From the human T2T-CHM13v2.0 reference genome, Homo sapiens, in NCBI RefSeq assembly GCF_009914755.1, contig NC_060933.1: 64,000 bases of DNA. One strand, written 5' to 3'. The position numbers and the translations under genes were made by a program. How positions within the stretch are numbered: the first letter of the stretch is position 1; every line of letters begins with the position of its first letter. This document shows, piece by piece, positions 1-13,625 of this stretch. Under the pieces are notes generated by a model. That model did not search any database. It was given only the letters and a program-made list of their open reading frames with translations, and had not been told where the DNA came from.

Positions 1-710
1 CCCAATACTAAACATAGTACCTAATTGGTAGTATTCAAACCCTGCTGCCTTTTCTCCCACCCTATTTTTGGAGTCCCCGGTGTCTACTGTTCCTATCTAT
101 ATTTTCCAGTGTTTAGCTCCCACTTATAAGTGAGAATATGCAGCGTTTGTTTTTCTGTTTCTGCCTTAATTTGCTTAGGAAGTGGTCTCCAGCTGCATTC
201 ATGTTGCTGCAAAGGACATGATTTTGTTCTTTTTATGGCTGTGCAGTATTCCACAGTATATATGTACCACATTTTCTTTATCCAGTCCATCGTTGATGGG
301 CACCTAGGTTGATTCCATGTCTTTGCCATTGTGAATAGTATTTTGATAAACATATGAGTGCAGGTGTCTTTTTGGAAGAATAATTTATTTTTCTTTGGGT
401 AGCTACCTAGTAATGGGATTGCTGGGTCAAATAGTAGTTTTATTTTTAGTTCTCTGAGAAATCATCAAACTGCTTTCCACAGGAGCCAAATTAATTTACA
501 TTCTCTCCAACAGTTTATAAGTATTCCCTTTCTCTACAGCCATGCCAATATCTGTTGTTTTTTGACTTTTTAATAATAGCCATTCTGACTGGTGTTCCTT
601 TTGCCCACTTTTTAATGAGGTTATTTGGGTTTTCTGTTGATTTGTTTAAGTTCTTTATAAATTCTGGATATTTGTTTTTTGTTGGGTACACAGTTTACAA
701 ATATCAAATA
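1..710 (-). mobile_element. L1 3' end (L1PA15/16 or L1PB-like), ORF2 C-terminus plus 3'UTR, with a ~120-bp internal deletion at 595/596
   Basis: ORF 93..353(-) reads AKTWNQPRCPSTMDWIKKMWYIYT, matching the L1 ORF2 C-terminus; typical 3'UTR follows. Confidence 0.9.
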
Positions 711-2045
711 TTTTCAATGTAGAAACTTGGATCTTTGATTTTTATGATGATAAATTGAGGCATATTGCAAGAAAAACATTTGAATCAGAATATTTACCAA
801 TATTATCATAATAGTGAATTATATTTTTACTTGTCCCTACATTTTGGTAATAACAATTAAATTTTGCTAAATAACAATTAAGTGCTGGTCCAAGATGGTG
901 GACTGATTATTCTTCCAGGGGACCAATTTCAATGACAATAAATGAGAAAATGATGTGAATCAGTAACAATACTAATTGAAGCTAATTTCTATATTTCTAT
1001 GGTGTACATGTTCTTTGAAGCAACAAGTATCTATCGCTGTAAGAATAAGACATTTGGAAAATGTCTTATATATATGAGATATGTCATATATATGTATGTA
1101 AATAAACCATAACGTTTCTATGGTATATGATGTGAGCTATTTTCAAATATGTGAGTTCCAACTTCCCTCTGTTAAGGAACATTTAACTTTGAGTGATTCA
1201 TGTGACTTCTGAGACCAGCTGTCCCCAGCCTCTGAGATTCAGATAAAAACAAGTATCCTTAGCTCTAGATTAATCCAGTGGCACTGAGCATCTATGGTGA
1301 TGAAGGATATGTTTTCGGTAGTCATTTTACCAAAGATGGTGCTGTGAAAACCATCAAAATATAAATCATGGCCTTAACCATCTATCTGAGAAGACAAGAC
1401 TAATACACTTGAAACACAAGAAACAAATGCAAGAGAATATACATATACTTGTCATTGAATTTTGTAATACAGCCTACAAATGTTATAGAGGCTCATCTAA
1501 ATGATGAAGTCAATGATGCATAGTATAATCAAGATATGCTTCCTAGAACACATTGTGTAGATAGATTTGAATAGGCAGATGGATAAAGATGAACATTTAA
1601 GACATGAGCAAATGCCTACACACCTGAAAAAATGTGGCAAGTCTGTATAGGAGAGAAGAACATACCTGAGGGCTTGAGCTACGGTGTGATAAGGAGCTCA
1701 TTTGAATAATCTGGTGGAATCAGATGGGCTATGGAAGCCTGATAGAGTAACACAAGCAGATAATCAACAAAGATGCTTATCAGCTCTAAGAAGGAATAGA
1801 AAAAAATTTCAGAATATAAACCATGGAACATGTCTCAAGGAAATAATTTTTATATGTATAAAATTTAACCTAAATATAATTCTATAATGTAAACAGAAAA
1901 AAATAATGGACTGGAAACTATTTTCATCAAATATGAACATTATAAATTACTATCATGGGTTACTCAATGTACTTTAAATTTTAGACATTTTAAAATGATT
2001 CAATTTTTCAATTTGTCTTTAAATTTATATATAATATATTTGAGA

Positions 2046-3260
2046 TATAAAAAAACCAAACTGTTTTTCTTAGTCTCACACACTCACCACTCAATACATT
2101 ACTTCACCTCTGGTCACCAAAATATGTATGGATTTTTCCCCGCATGCAAAGGAATTCTCCAGCAGACACCACTAGGGTGGCCTATTATTGAATTCAATTC
2201 TGACACTATCTACTTGGATATAGGGTCAGATCCCACACAGTAAGGGCACAGTCTCACAAGACTTCCCTTCACTTCAGATGCCAATTGCAGGTCCCAGGAT
2301 GTGACCTGTACTTCTGGCCAACTGGCTATAAATTGGAGGTTCCCATTACCCCCTGTTTAGGTTCAATTAATCTGCTAGAATGGCTCACAGAACTCAGAGA
2401 AAAACATTATTTACATTTACTCATTTATTACAAAGGATATTACTAAGGAAACTAATGAACAGTTAGGTGGAGAAGCTGCATAGGGCAAGCTTGTCCAACC
2501 TGCCTTATTTTGTTGAGATTGTTGTTGTTGTTTTTGTTGCTGTCCTGTTTTGTTTTGCTTTAGACTTTTAGCAACCTGAAGCCATGGTTTTTAGTTTCTG
2601 TCTATAGTGATAAGCAGAAAAGAGGAAGAAGGAAGGGGCTTTACTGGCCCAACCGTGAACAGAAACTAAGAGCTCATCACTGTATTCCCTCCCTTGGACA
2701 TCACTGAAGGCATGAGAGAAGGGGTAGGGAGCTTCCGTGCCCTCTCTGGTATGCCACCCTCAGGCACCTTCATGAGTTCAGCAATTCAGAAGCTCTCCAA
2801 ACTGATTTTGGGGTTTTATGAAAGCTTCATTATGTAGAAATGGTTGATTACATCATTGGCCATTGGTAATCAACTAAATTTTCAGCCCCTTTCCTCTTCC
2901 TGGGGAATAAGGGGTTGGGGCTAAAAGTTCTTATCCTCTAATTACATGGTTGGTTTTCATAGCAATCAGCTCCTATTCTAAGGCTATCCAGGAGCCTACC
3001 AAGAGTCAACTCATTAGAGCAAGAGATGCTCCTATAATCCAGGATATTCCAGGGATGTAGGAGCTCTGTATCAGATACTCCTATCACTCAGGAAATTAAA
3101 AAGTTCTTCGGAGCTCTGTGTCAAGAACCAGGGTCAAAGACCAAATATAAGAACAAAAGATACTCCTAGCATCCCTATCTGGCAAGGGTTTTAGAAGCTC
3201 TGTCTCAGGAATCAGGGACAGAGACCAAATACATAATTTTTATTATATCACAATATCACA
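2046..3260 (-). mobile_element. MER21-family solo LTR
   Basis: Motifs attcaattctgacactatctac and tcagatcccaca; terminus tattatatcacaatatcaca. Confidence 0.8.
2486..2706. mobile_element. Short hAT-type DNA transposon (MER107-like) nested in MER21
   Basis: Interrupts the MER21 motif tgcatagggc|aagg; degenerate TIRs caagcttgtccaa ... ttggacatcactg. Confidence 0.6.
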
Positions 3261-3264
3261 TGGC

Positions 3265-4750
3265 ATAATTCACTTTTATATTTTGTATATAGTTCAATAA
3301 GTTTTACCAAATGCATGAAGTAATGTAGCTACCACTACAATCAGTAACACAGAATAGTCTCATCACCACAAAACAACTCTCCCTGCAATCCCCTTTGTAA
3401 GCACTCTCTACTGATATGTAACCTCTAGAAACCACTGATCTGTTTTCTGCTCCTATAATCTGGTGTACTTCAGAGTCTCAGAAAAATGTGATAATAGGAA
3501 ATGAATGATAAAAAGCTATAAAACCTACAGAAAACAAATAGCAGAGTGCCAATAGTAAGTTCTTCCCTTTAAATGTAAATAGATTAAACTCTGCAGCCAA
3601 AAGATATAGATTGGCAGAATGGATTTTTTTAAAAAAATCCACACAGGATCCAACTCTATTCTGTCTATAATAAACTCACTTTAGCCCTAAGTACAAGCAC
3701 AGGTTGATAGTGGAAATACGGCAAAATATATTCTATGCAAATAGTAATAAAAAGAAAGAAGGGTGCCTATACTATCAGCCAAAATAGACTTTAAGTGAAA
3801 AACTCTTATAAGAGACAAGGAAGGGCATTATATAGTGATAATAGAATCAGTTCACCAAGAAGACATAACAGTTTTAAACATATATGGACCAAACACCAGA
3901 GCTTCAAAATATATGAAATATTTTCCTAAATCAGAGTCATGGGTATTTTCTCCTAGATTATCTTGTAAAGTTTTATAATTTTACATTTATGTCTATAATC
4001 CATTTTTAATTTTTTATAAAGAGGGAGTTATAAGTAGAGGTTTATTTTTCACATAAGATGCCAAATTATTCCAGCACCATTTATTAAAAAGAAAATTCTA
4101 TCTGTTCTTTGATCTTTATCAAAGATCAATTGACCATATATGTGGGCATCAGTTTATGGATTCTCTATTCTGTTACATTGACCTGCATGACTATCTTGAT
4201 TACTGTAACTTAAGTCTTAACATCAGATAGTGTGATTCCTCTGACTTTGTCATTTTCAAAATTATTTTAGAATTTTTGCCCCTTTACCATGCCCTACACA
4301 ATTTAAGAATCAGTTTGTGCTTTATCAGGATAAGAAAATTGCCTTTATTTGTACTTTGCTGAGAGTTTTCATAATATGTGGATATTCAATTTTGTCAAAT
4401 ATTTTTATGTACCTAGTTGTGTGACTGTTAGATTTTATCAAAGCATTGTAAGAAAATTGCTATGAGTACTGCAGAGGATTAGCTCTTCTTGTTATTCCCA
4501 GATCAGCCCTATATTTTGACTGGAATTTTTCATTTCACTAATATGTATCTAGAGGACTGTATATTCTTCCCTATTTATTTAAGCAATTATTTATATACAT
4601 TTAGAATTAAAAATAATTTAATACTTTGAGATATAATTCAATACTACTTTGCTTATTTTATTGCACAAATTGTTCTAGTTTTGGCCACTGGGAGTTCTTT
4701 CTGTTGGCTCCTGTATTCCTTTGATATACCCCCATCATTGAGGGTTTTTA
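3265..4750. mobile_element. Mosaic of old L1M fragments in both orientations
   Basis: Plus-strand piece from the ORF2 start region (~3490-3920, aaatagactttaag, gggcattatatag); minus-strand ORF2/3' pieces on either side. Confidence 0.7.
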
Positions 4751-7263
4751 AAATGTGGTTTATTATTAATGAAATTAAAATGATCTATTCATAGCACCTG
4801 AGATGATTTCAGATATCATATTATGCAAGCATTAAGATAATATTAAGAATTAGACTGGTAAATGAAAATCATAGAATCAGAGTACTTACTCAATGTCAAG
4901 TTTTGCTAATAATTGCAATGACACAAGCAGTTATATGACACAAGTGAAGCAGAAAGTGTTCTGGGACCCCAATGTGACTTATTGGGTCATTTCTTCTCAC
5001 ATGAGATGTGTTCTGGTACAGATCTTGCACAGAAGAAGCCACTTAGGTCATGAATTACTGAGTTACATAGTTTATGTGACATTTTCCTTGGAGCCATCCC
5101 CTGTAAACCTAAAGATTCCAGGTCTATTTACCACAGGTGATTCTAGATAGGCAGCTATATTTTACTATATGTATTTCATAGTTCTCTCTTGCTAGCCAAG
5201 GTCACATACTTTGTTTGCCAGGAGAGCTGCCATTATAATGTTTACAAGGCAATTAGACAAGATAATATGCTTTCTTTCTTCCTTTGATGCATCACCCAAA
5301 CTCTGCCATGAGAGAGAAGGGCATGCAGGTCTACTTCATAAGTCCTTTCTTTCTAGATATTCTGGTACAGTATTTTAATGTATTTTATGATACAGATACT
5401 CTAGCATTTAAAATATTTTAATGTATCATGTTTAATATAAGCTCGATAAAGAATCATCACTTCACATACTTTGGATAATAATTGTACACAGTGCAAATTC
5501 ATGGAGAAAATAATCAGAACCATTAATGCTGATAATTTTGGGGCATTTAAACCTTTTTCAGGTCAATGGATTAATAGATTTATTAGCTCTTGCAGAGTGC
5601 AAGCATATTACAGATTTATAGTATAAGTGGTTAAAAACATTTTTATTTCACTGAAAATTCATGTAAAGTGAAGCCTTTGCAAAACTGTAACCTTTATGCT
5701 TTTAATAAAACAGTATTTCTGTTGTACATGGTAATGATTTTGTTCTGGAACACTATGTATAAGCAGATTTTGAATTGAAGGCAGTGGAGCAAGTCTGTCA
5801 AAAATCAATTCAATTGATTTCCATTTATGTAGATGCATTGAGTTTTACAGTGGTTGAAGCTCTCTTTAAATTGATTGGATTCAGAATGCAGGCCAGTGGT
5901 CCGCATCCATATTCTACACCGTTTTTCCAAAACTTGGTAAAGAAAAATGCTTTAGAAACTTTCCTGAACAAATAATATAAAGATCATACCATCTATATGT
6001 TAACCAATTAGTTATGAAATCTAAAATCATTAGGGTTACATTTCAAAAGTGAAGTTACTAAAAAGGTGAAATTCAAATCTAATAGAAATAGGGTAAAATG
6101 CAGAACATTTATGAAACATAAAAAAGGGACTATCTGTGTTAGCAATTAAGGGCTGTAGCAATTTCTGATATCAGATTCCAAATTTGAAGAGATCCAGACA
6201 CTTCATACACAGGTTTATTTTGCCCTAATATTTTGTCTTATTGAGAATTGTGGTAAAGAGAGAAGACCTGAGTTTCATTCTTATAATGGTTTGAGACATG
6301 AGGAAGTCACTGAACATTTCTGGACGTAACTCACTTGCATGATTTCAACTATCACATATACTTGGATGCTTGAATTACAAACCTATGTAGACTAGACTTT
6401 CCTGCTAAGCTGAAAAGCTGTATATGAACATTTCTTTCATGTTAGCTCCAGTTGACTGTTTCTCAGGTACTTTCAATTTCACATGTCCCAAATTTTTCTG
6501 ATTTTCCTCTGGCCTCTGAATGCCCTTTCTCTGTGAGCAGCATCGTCACACACCTTGTCACCCAATCTCAAAAATGGAAAGACACCTTCCAAATAGCCTC
6601 TTCTCACCACCCTTATCCTATTCCACACCCTGTTTCAAACACTGTGAAGGTTTTTGGGGTAGCTGTTCAAAGGACCTACCACAATTAGTTTCTGAAAAGA
6701 ACAAAAAAATTACTAGCTCCAGCTGGTTGACCATCACAATTGAGATCATGCTTGATTCTGCCTCTGATGTAAGATTTTCATTGCTCAAGGCAGTCAATAA
6801 ATTTTGATTCTTAAAGACACACTCTGATAATTTTCTGTGAAGTAGGAAACTCACTCAAGAAGACCAGCCTTTGAGTGGTATCACAGTCTAGACTTTAAAT
6901 TTATAAGGTGGAAATGGGCTATAGTTGGAATAGATTCTTAGCTCTGTGGATTCTATTTCTATCACAGCTCTCCTATCCACCTCCCTCTCCGTTGCCCATG
7001 AAATGGCCTAAATCCAGGCCTTTAACACTTTTTATTTGAATTATTATGGAAATAGTTAACTGTCCTTACTGCCTCCAGACATGCTTCCCTCTAGCTTCCT
7101 CCTTCATATTGATGTGCAATGATATAAACTCCAAATCTGATCCAAATCTGCTGAAAAGCCTTTAATAAATGACTTCCTACATTTTTTCAGGAAAAAGTTT
7201 AAGTTTTGTGGCTCATCACATACCACATTTTTTGAATGAATATACAGTAAAATAAAAAGTAGT

Positions 7264-7816
7264 AGAAATACCATTTGACCCAGCAATCCCATTACTGGGT
7301 ATATACCCAAAGGATTATAAATCATGCTGCTATAAAGACACACACACACACACGTATGTTTATTGCGGCACTATTCACAATAGCAAAGACTTGGAACCAA
7401 CCCAATGTCCAACAATGATAGACTGGATTAAGAAAATGTGGCACATATACACCATGGAATACTATGCAGCCATAAAAAATGATGAGTTCATGTCCTTTGT
7501 AGGGACATGGATGGAGCTGGAAACCATTGTTCTCAGCAAACTGTTGCAAGGACAAAAAAACAAACACCCCATGTTCTTACTCATAGGTGGGAACTGAACA
7601 ATGAAAACACATGGACACAGGAAGGGGACCATCACACACCGGGGACTGTTGTGGGGTTGGGGAATGGGGGAGGGATAGCATTAGGAGATATACCTAATGC
7701 TAAATGATGAGTTACTGGGTGCAGCACACCAACATGGCACATGTATACATATGTAACAAACCTGCACGTTGTGCACATGTACCCTAAAACTTAAAGTATA
7801 ATAATAATAAAAGAAA
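7264..7816 (+). mobile_element. 5'-truncated L1PA (L1PA3-5-like) 3' end
   Basis: PTMIDWIKKMWHIYTMEYYAAIKNDEFMSF; 3'UTR gggatagcattaggagatatacctaatg; A-tail; TSD aaaaagtagt at 7254-7263 and 7817-7826. Confidence 0.95.
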
Positions 7817-8052
7817 AAAAAGTAGTTGAATGAATATAGAGTAAACAAAAATGGGTGGGCCTCATGCTTCTATAAAATACAAGGCTTTATTAGGTAAATT
7901 AAAAGTTTCTTAAGCTTCCAACATTTTCTTATTCCACAGGAAGCTGTAAAATTTTCTGCACTGGATCCACACTTTGTCTTTATATTCTCCTCTCAGCACA
8001 CCATTTCCCAATATTTGGCAACCCACAGGTTAGCATCAAAAATAAACAAGTC

Positions 8053-9258
8053 AGGGTGGCTGGCAAGGTGGCCAAATAGGAACAGCTCTGGTCTGCAGCT
8101 CCCAGTGAGATCAACGCAGAAGGCAGAAGGTGGGTGATTTCTGCATTTCCAACTGAGGTAACCAGCTCATCTCATTGGGACTGGTTAGACAGTGGGTGCA
8201 GCCCAAGGAAGGTGAGCTGAAGTAGGGTGGGGCATCACCTCACTCACGAAGTGCAAGGGGTTGGGGAACTCCCTCCCCTAGCCAAGGGAAGCCATGAGGG
8301 ACTGTGCCATGAGGAATGGTGCATTACAGCCCACGTACTATGCTTTTCCCATGGTCTTCACAACCTGCAGACCAGGAGATTCTCTCGGGTGCCTGCACCA
8401 CCAGGGCCCTGGGTTTCAAGCACAAAACTGGGTGGCCATTTGGACAGACACTGAGCTAGCTGCAGGAGTTTTTTCATACCCCATTGGTGCCTGAGAATGC
8501 CAGCAAAACAGAACCGTTCACTCCCCTGGAAAGGGGGCTGAAACCAGGGAGCCAAGTATTCTAGCTCAGAGTATCCCACCCCCACAGAGCCCAGCAAGCT
8601 AAGATCCACTGGCTTGAAATTTTCACTGCCAGCACAGCAGTCTGAAGTTGATCTGGGATGCTTGAGCTTGGTGGGGGGAAGGCTACTCAAGCCATCACTG
8701 AGGTTTGAGTAGGCGGTTTTCCCCTCATAGTGTAAACAAAGCTGCCAGGAAATTTGAACTGGGTGGAGCCCACTGCAGCTCAGCAAAGCCACTGTAGCTA
8801 GACTGCCTCTTTAGATTCCTCTTCTCTGGGAAGGGCATCTCTGAAAGAAAGGCAGCAGCCCTAGTCAGGGGCTTATAGATAAAACTCCCATCTCCCTGGG
8901 ACAGAGCACCTGGGGGAAGGGGCAGCTGCAGGCACAGCTTCAGCAGACTTAAACGTTCCTATCTGCCGGCTCTGAAGAGAGCAATGGATCTCCCAGCACA
9001 GCACTCAAGCTCTGCTAAGGGACACACTGCCTTCTCAAGTGAGTCCCTGACCCCTGCACATCCTGACTGGGAGACACCTCCCAGCAGGGGTCGACAGACA
9101 CCTCACACAGGAGAGCTCTGGTTGGCATCTGGTGGGTGCCCCTCTGGGACAAAGCTTCCAGAGGAAGGAACAGGCAGCAATCTTTGCTGTCCGGCAGCCT
9201 CCGCTGGTGATACCTGGGCAAACAGGGTCTGGAGTGGACCTCCAGCAAATTCCAGCAG
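8053..9258 (+). mobile_element. L1PA7/8-like 5'UTR only, 3'-truncated
   Basis: Starts ggctggcaaggtggccaaataggaacagctctggtctgcagctcccag; ends abruptly at ggacctccagcaaattccagcaga before ORF1. Confidence 0.88.
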
Positions 9259-11490
9259 ATTGGATGTTATTGGTTTATAGAAATGCTACTGAATTTTGGA
9301 CATTGATATTCTATCCTGGAACTTTGTTGAAGTTGTTTATCAGAGCTGGGACCCTTTTGTCAGAGACTGGGATTTTCTAGGTATAGAATCATATTATCTG
9401 CAAACAGAGATAGTTTGACTTCCTCTTTTCCTATTTGGACACCTTTTATTTCCTTCTCTTACCTGACTGCTCTTGCTAGGACTTCCAGTACTACAATGGC
9501 TAGGAGTGATGAGAGTGGGTATCCTTGTTTTGTTCCAGTTCTCAAGGGGAATGTTTCTGGATTTTGCCCATTCAGTATGATGCTGGCTGTGAGTTGTCAC
9601 GGATGGCTCTTATTATTTTGAGTTATGTACCTTCAATACTTAGTTTGTTGAGGGTTTTTAAACACAAAAAGATGTTGAATGTTATTGAAAGACTTTTCTA
9701 TGATGATCATGTGGTTTTTGTTTTTAGTTCTGCTTATGCAATGAATCACATTTATGGATTTATGTATGTTGAACCAACCTTATATCCTAGGAATAACGCC
9801 TACTTGATTTGGTAGATTAGCTTTTCGATGTGCTGCTGGATTTTTGTTGAGGATTTTTGCATCTATGTTTATCAGGGATATTGGCCTGAAGTTTTCTTTT
9901 TCCATTGTTTCTCTGGCAGGTTTTGGTATCAGAATAATGCTGGCCTCATAGAATGAGTGAGGGCTCAGCTCAGGCTCTTTGTTCACTCCCCAGCTTGCAG
10001 GCAGCAGGGGCAGGGACCTTGGCAGTGACAATGTTAGAGGGCGTTACACTTACCTCTTGGAGCTCCAACCCAGAGAAATGCAGAGCCTCTGCTAACCAAA
10101 ATGATCAGCCCGGGGTGGAGTGGCTACATCACACACCCAAGTTGTAGGCCTTGCCTGGTGGTGAGCAGGGGGTGGGGGCTCACAGGGAAGACAGTCTGGC
10201 CTCTTTGGGAAAGAGCAAAGAACCTGAGTGCCTGTGGTGTGCTGGAGGTGTAATAAGGCACTCAGGTTCTTTGTTCTTTCCCAACCTGGTGGCAGCAATA
10301 GCAGGCACCGCTGTAGCAGTGGTGTCAGAGGGATCGTCAGTTGCCTCTGAGAACTCCACCCCAGAGATACATGAAGCTACTGCCAATGGGAATGATCAGC
10401 TGGGGGTGGGGTGGCTGCATGGCAGGCCCAATCCAGGGGCCCTGCCTGGTGTAGAGCAGGGGGTCAGGGGTTCACAGGGAAAAGAGACTGGGTTCCTCTC
10501 TGTAGGACAGCTGCAGCATGCTGGAGGTACCAGCAAAACAGTCAGGATCTTTGTTCTTTCCCCAGCCCGAGGGCAGCAAGTGCAATATCCCTGCAGCTGA
10601 GATGGTAGAGAGCCTTTGGGTCGTCTCTGGGATTTCCTCTCCAGATAAACGCAGTGTCACCACTGACTGAAGTGCTCAGGCGGGGGCAGGATGACTGTGC
10701 TGGGGTCCAGGTTGGGAGGCCCTGCACAGTGAGGAGTAGCAGGGGCAGGAATCCACATGGGAAATAGTCTGGCTGCTTTTCTGTATGGCAGCTGCACTGC
10801 GTTGGAGACATACGATAGTCCTTAGGCTCATCACTTACTCCCTCTGCCGCCTCAGGGCAGTAGGGGTGGGGGCTGCAGCAGCAGCAAAAAGGCAGAACTG
10901 TCAGTTAACTCTGGGAGCTCTGGCCCAGGGAAGTGCAGAGTCGCTACTAGCCTAAGTATTCAGGCAGGGGTGTGTTGGCTGCGCTGGGGACCTGGGCCGG
11001 TGGGCTTTGGCTGGCAAGGTGTGGCGAAGGTAAGGCCTATAGTCTGTCTGCTCCTCAGCACTGTGAAAGCAGCATGTATCTTGGGAGCATGCAAGAGGGC
11101 TTGGCCTCACCTGCTGGCAGAACTATGGCAGCTGACCCTGGGATGCTCAGGAGCCCAAGGCCCTTGAGGCTCCATATGTGCCTGAGTGGCAGCTCTGCCC
11201 AGACTCCGCACAGCGCTCTGTCAGTCTGGAGGCCCTGGAGAGAGAGGGTCAGGGGATCTCCTGTGCCCAGGATTGCAGAGATGCATGACAAGAGTATGGG
11301 CTCCTGGGGGCTCTTGCTCACTCACCCTTTCCCTGTGGTGAGAAGCCTTCCTTGGCTCCATGCCAATCCCAGGTGGGCAGCTGTCCTGTCTCACTCTTCT
11401 CTCTTCTCTCGGGGTTTTGTTGCTTCCTTGATGAGTCCCAACGTGTCCTCCTGGGCAATCCAGTTGAAGAGGTAGTGTTTATTGGCCATT
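9259..11490 (-). mobile_element. Older primate L1 (L1PA13-16/L1P4-like): monomeric 5'UTR (9959-11490) fused directly to an ORF2 RT segment (9259-9958)
   Basis: ORF 9780..10031(-) contains [39 protein letters not shown] (L1 RT); GC-rich UTR with ~285-bp monomers. Confidence 0.8.
10205..10284. repeat. Inverted repeat with 29-bp arms (28/29 match) and a 22-nt loop
   Basis: ttgggaaagagcaaagaacctgagtgcct (10205-10233) versus aggcactcaggttctttgttctttcccaa (10256-10284). Confidence 0.95.
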
Positions 11491-11963
11491 CTGTCCCTTG
11501 ATATTATGCAACCCATCTGAGCCATAGTCCTTCAGCCACATCCATGACCAAGTGCCTGGGAGATTTAAATAAACTCGGTGCTCCGCTTGTGTAGTAAAAA
11601 CAGACTACCACCTAAGCTGAGATTTTTAATCATCACTTATGGAAAGGATATCCATGAAAGTCCATTAAAACTATGAATATATACAGATTGAATATCTGAT
11701 AAGACACATCTTGAAAATACGTAAATATTTTGATGCATAATGTTTAAGGAAGGAGAAAAGAACAGAGACCTTTTTTTAACCTTTTCGTCCTATGTGATAT
11801 CTGTATTTAGAATATAGTTAACTCATCTGCAAATCCGATTCTAAATAACAGAGAAAAAAATCTATGTTAATTTTTCCCCATTTCACTTGTATTATTTGGG
11901 GATATGTAATTTCTAAAAGGCAATAGGCAATACAATGATATTTTAATTTTTAAAAACAAGCAG

Positions 11964-11990
11964 TTTTTTTTTTTTTTTTTTTTTTTTTTT
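11964..11990. repeat. Poly(T)27 tract
   Basis: Seen directly. Confidence 0.95.
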
Positions 11991-12249
11991 GCTTTTCTCA
12001 CTTGGAATGCCAATCAACAAGGGTTTTTTGGTTTTTTGGTTTTTTGCTTGTTTGTTTACTCCACTTATAATGAAATCAAGTAGTTTTTCTGAACAGAATA
12101 ATATATTCAGGGGAAGAAATAGCTTATAAGATTATTGACTGAATGTGAAGCTCAAACATTAAATGAGATGAAAAAACTAAATTAGTTATTCCCTGAGACA
12201 AACAGGGATGGGAGAATACCTCTGGGAGGCAGCTCCTTTTCCTCAGTTT

Positions 12250-13045
12250 TACTTATGTATTTAGTTCAACATATCCACACATAGTGCTTATCATATACCA
12301 GGTACTATTGTAAAATACGTAACTGTTGATTTACTGGATTCTCATAACTCCCTGGGAAGGTTATTATTATCATTTTGCCCTTTTACCTGAGGCAAGTGAG
12401 GCTCATACACGGTGTGATGGTTGATTTTATGCATTTACTTGACTGGGCATGGGGTGCACAGACATTTGATCAAACGTTCTTCTGGGTACTTCCATGAGGG
12501 TGTTTTCTGATGAGATTAACATTGCAATCAGTAGACTAGTTAAAGAAAGCAGATTGTCCTTCTTAATGTGAGTGGCCCTCATCTAATCACCAGAAAGTCT
12601 GTTAAGTAGAACAAAAAGGCTGATTCTTGAGCAAATAAGAAAGAACTGCTCCTGCCTGGTGGTTTCAGCTTGGACATTGGTGTCTTCTGTCTTCAGAATC
12701 AGCTGAAACATTGGCTCCTCAGACTCACACTGGAACTACACCATTGGCTCTCCCAAGTCTCTAGCTTGTCAGTTGCACATCTTGGGACTTCTCAGCCTCC
12801 ATAATTACATGAGCCAATTCCTTATCATAAATTTTCTTATATATATGCATGTGTACACACACACACACATGCACACATATGCACACACGCACACACACGT
12901 GCATGCACACACACACACGCACTCACACATACACACACAATCTGTTTATCCAGAGGACTCTAATACAGGGAGTAAGTGTCTCAAGGCCACATAGTTACAA
13001 AGCTCACCCAGGGAGTCTGACTCCAGGGCCCATGCTCTGGGCATC
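12250..13045 (-). mobile_element. MIR interrupted by an MLT2 LTR
   Basis: MIR-like ttttacctgaggcaagtgaggctca before 12413; resumes with caaggccacatag...gtctgactccag after 12967. Confidence 0.65.
12413..12967 (+). mobile_element. MLT2 (ERVL) solo LTR with internal (CA)n at ~12855-12938
   Basis: Termini tgtgatggttgattttatg ... ctctaataca; motif gatgagattaacatt. Confidence 0.85.
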
Positions 13046-13098
13046 AAATATCACTCAATGTTCACATAAAACATAATGTCTTAGGCACATTACATGTA

Positions 13099-13625
<527 letters not shown>

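Noticed and set aside
8227-11475. Dense cluster of overlapping ORFs
   Set aside because: Stop-poor GC-rich L1 5'UTR sequence
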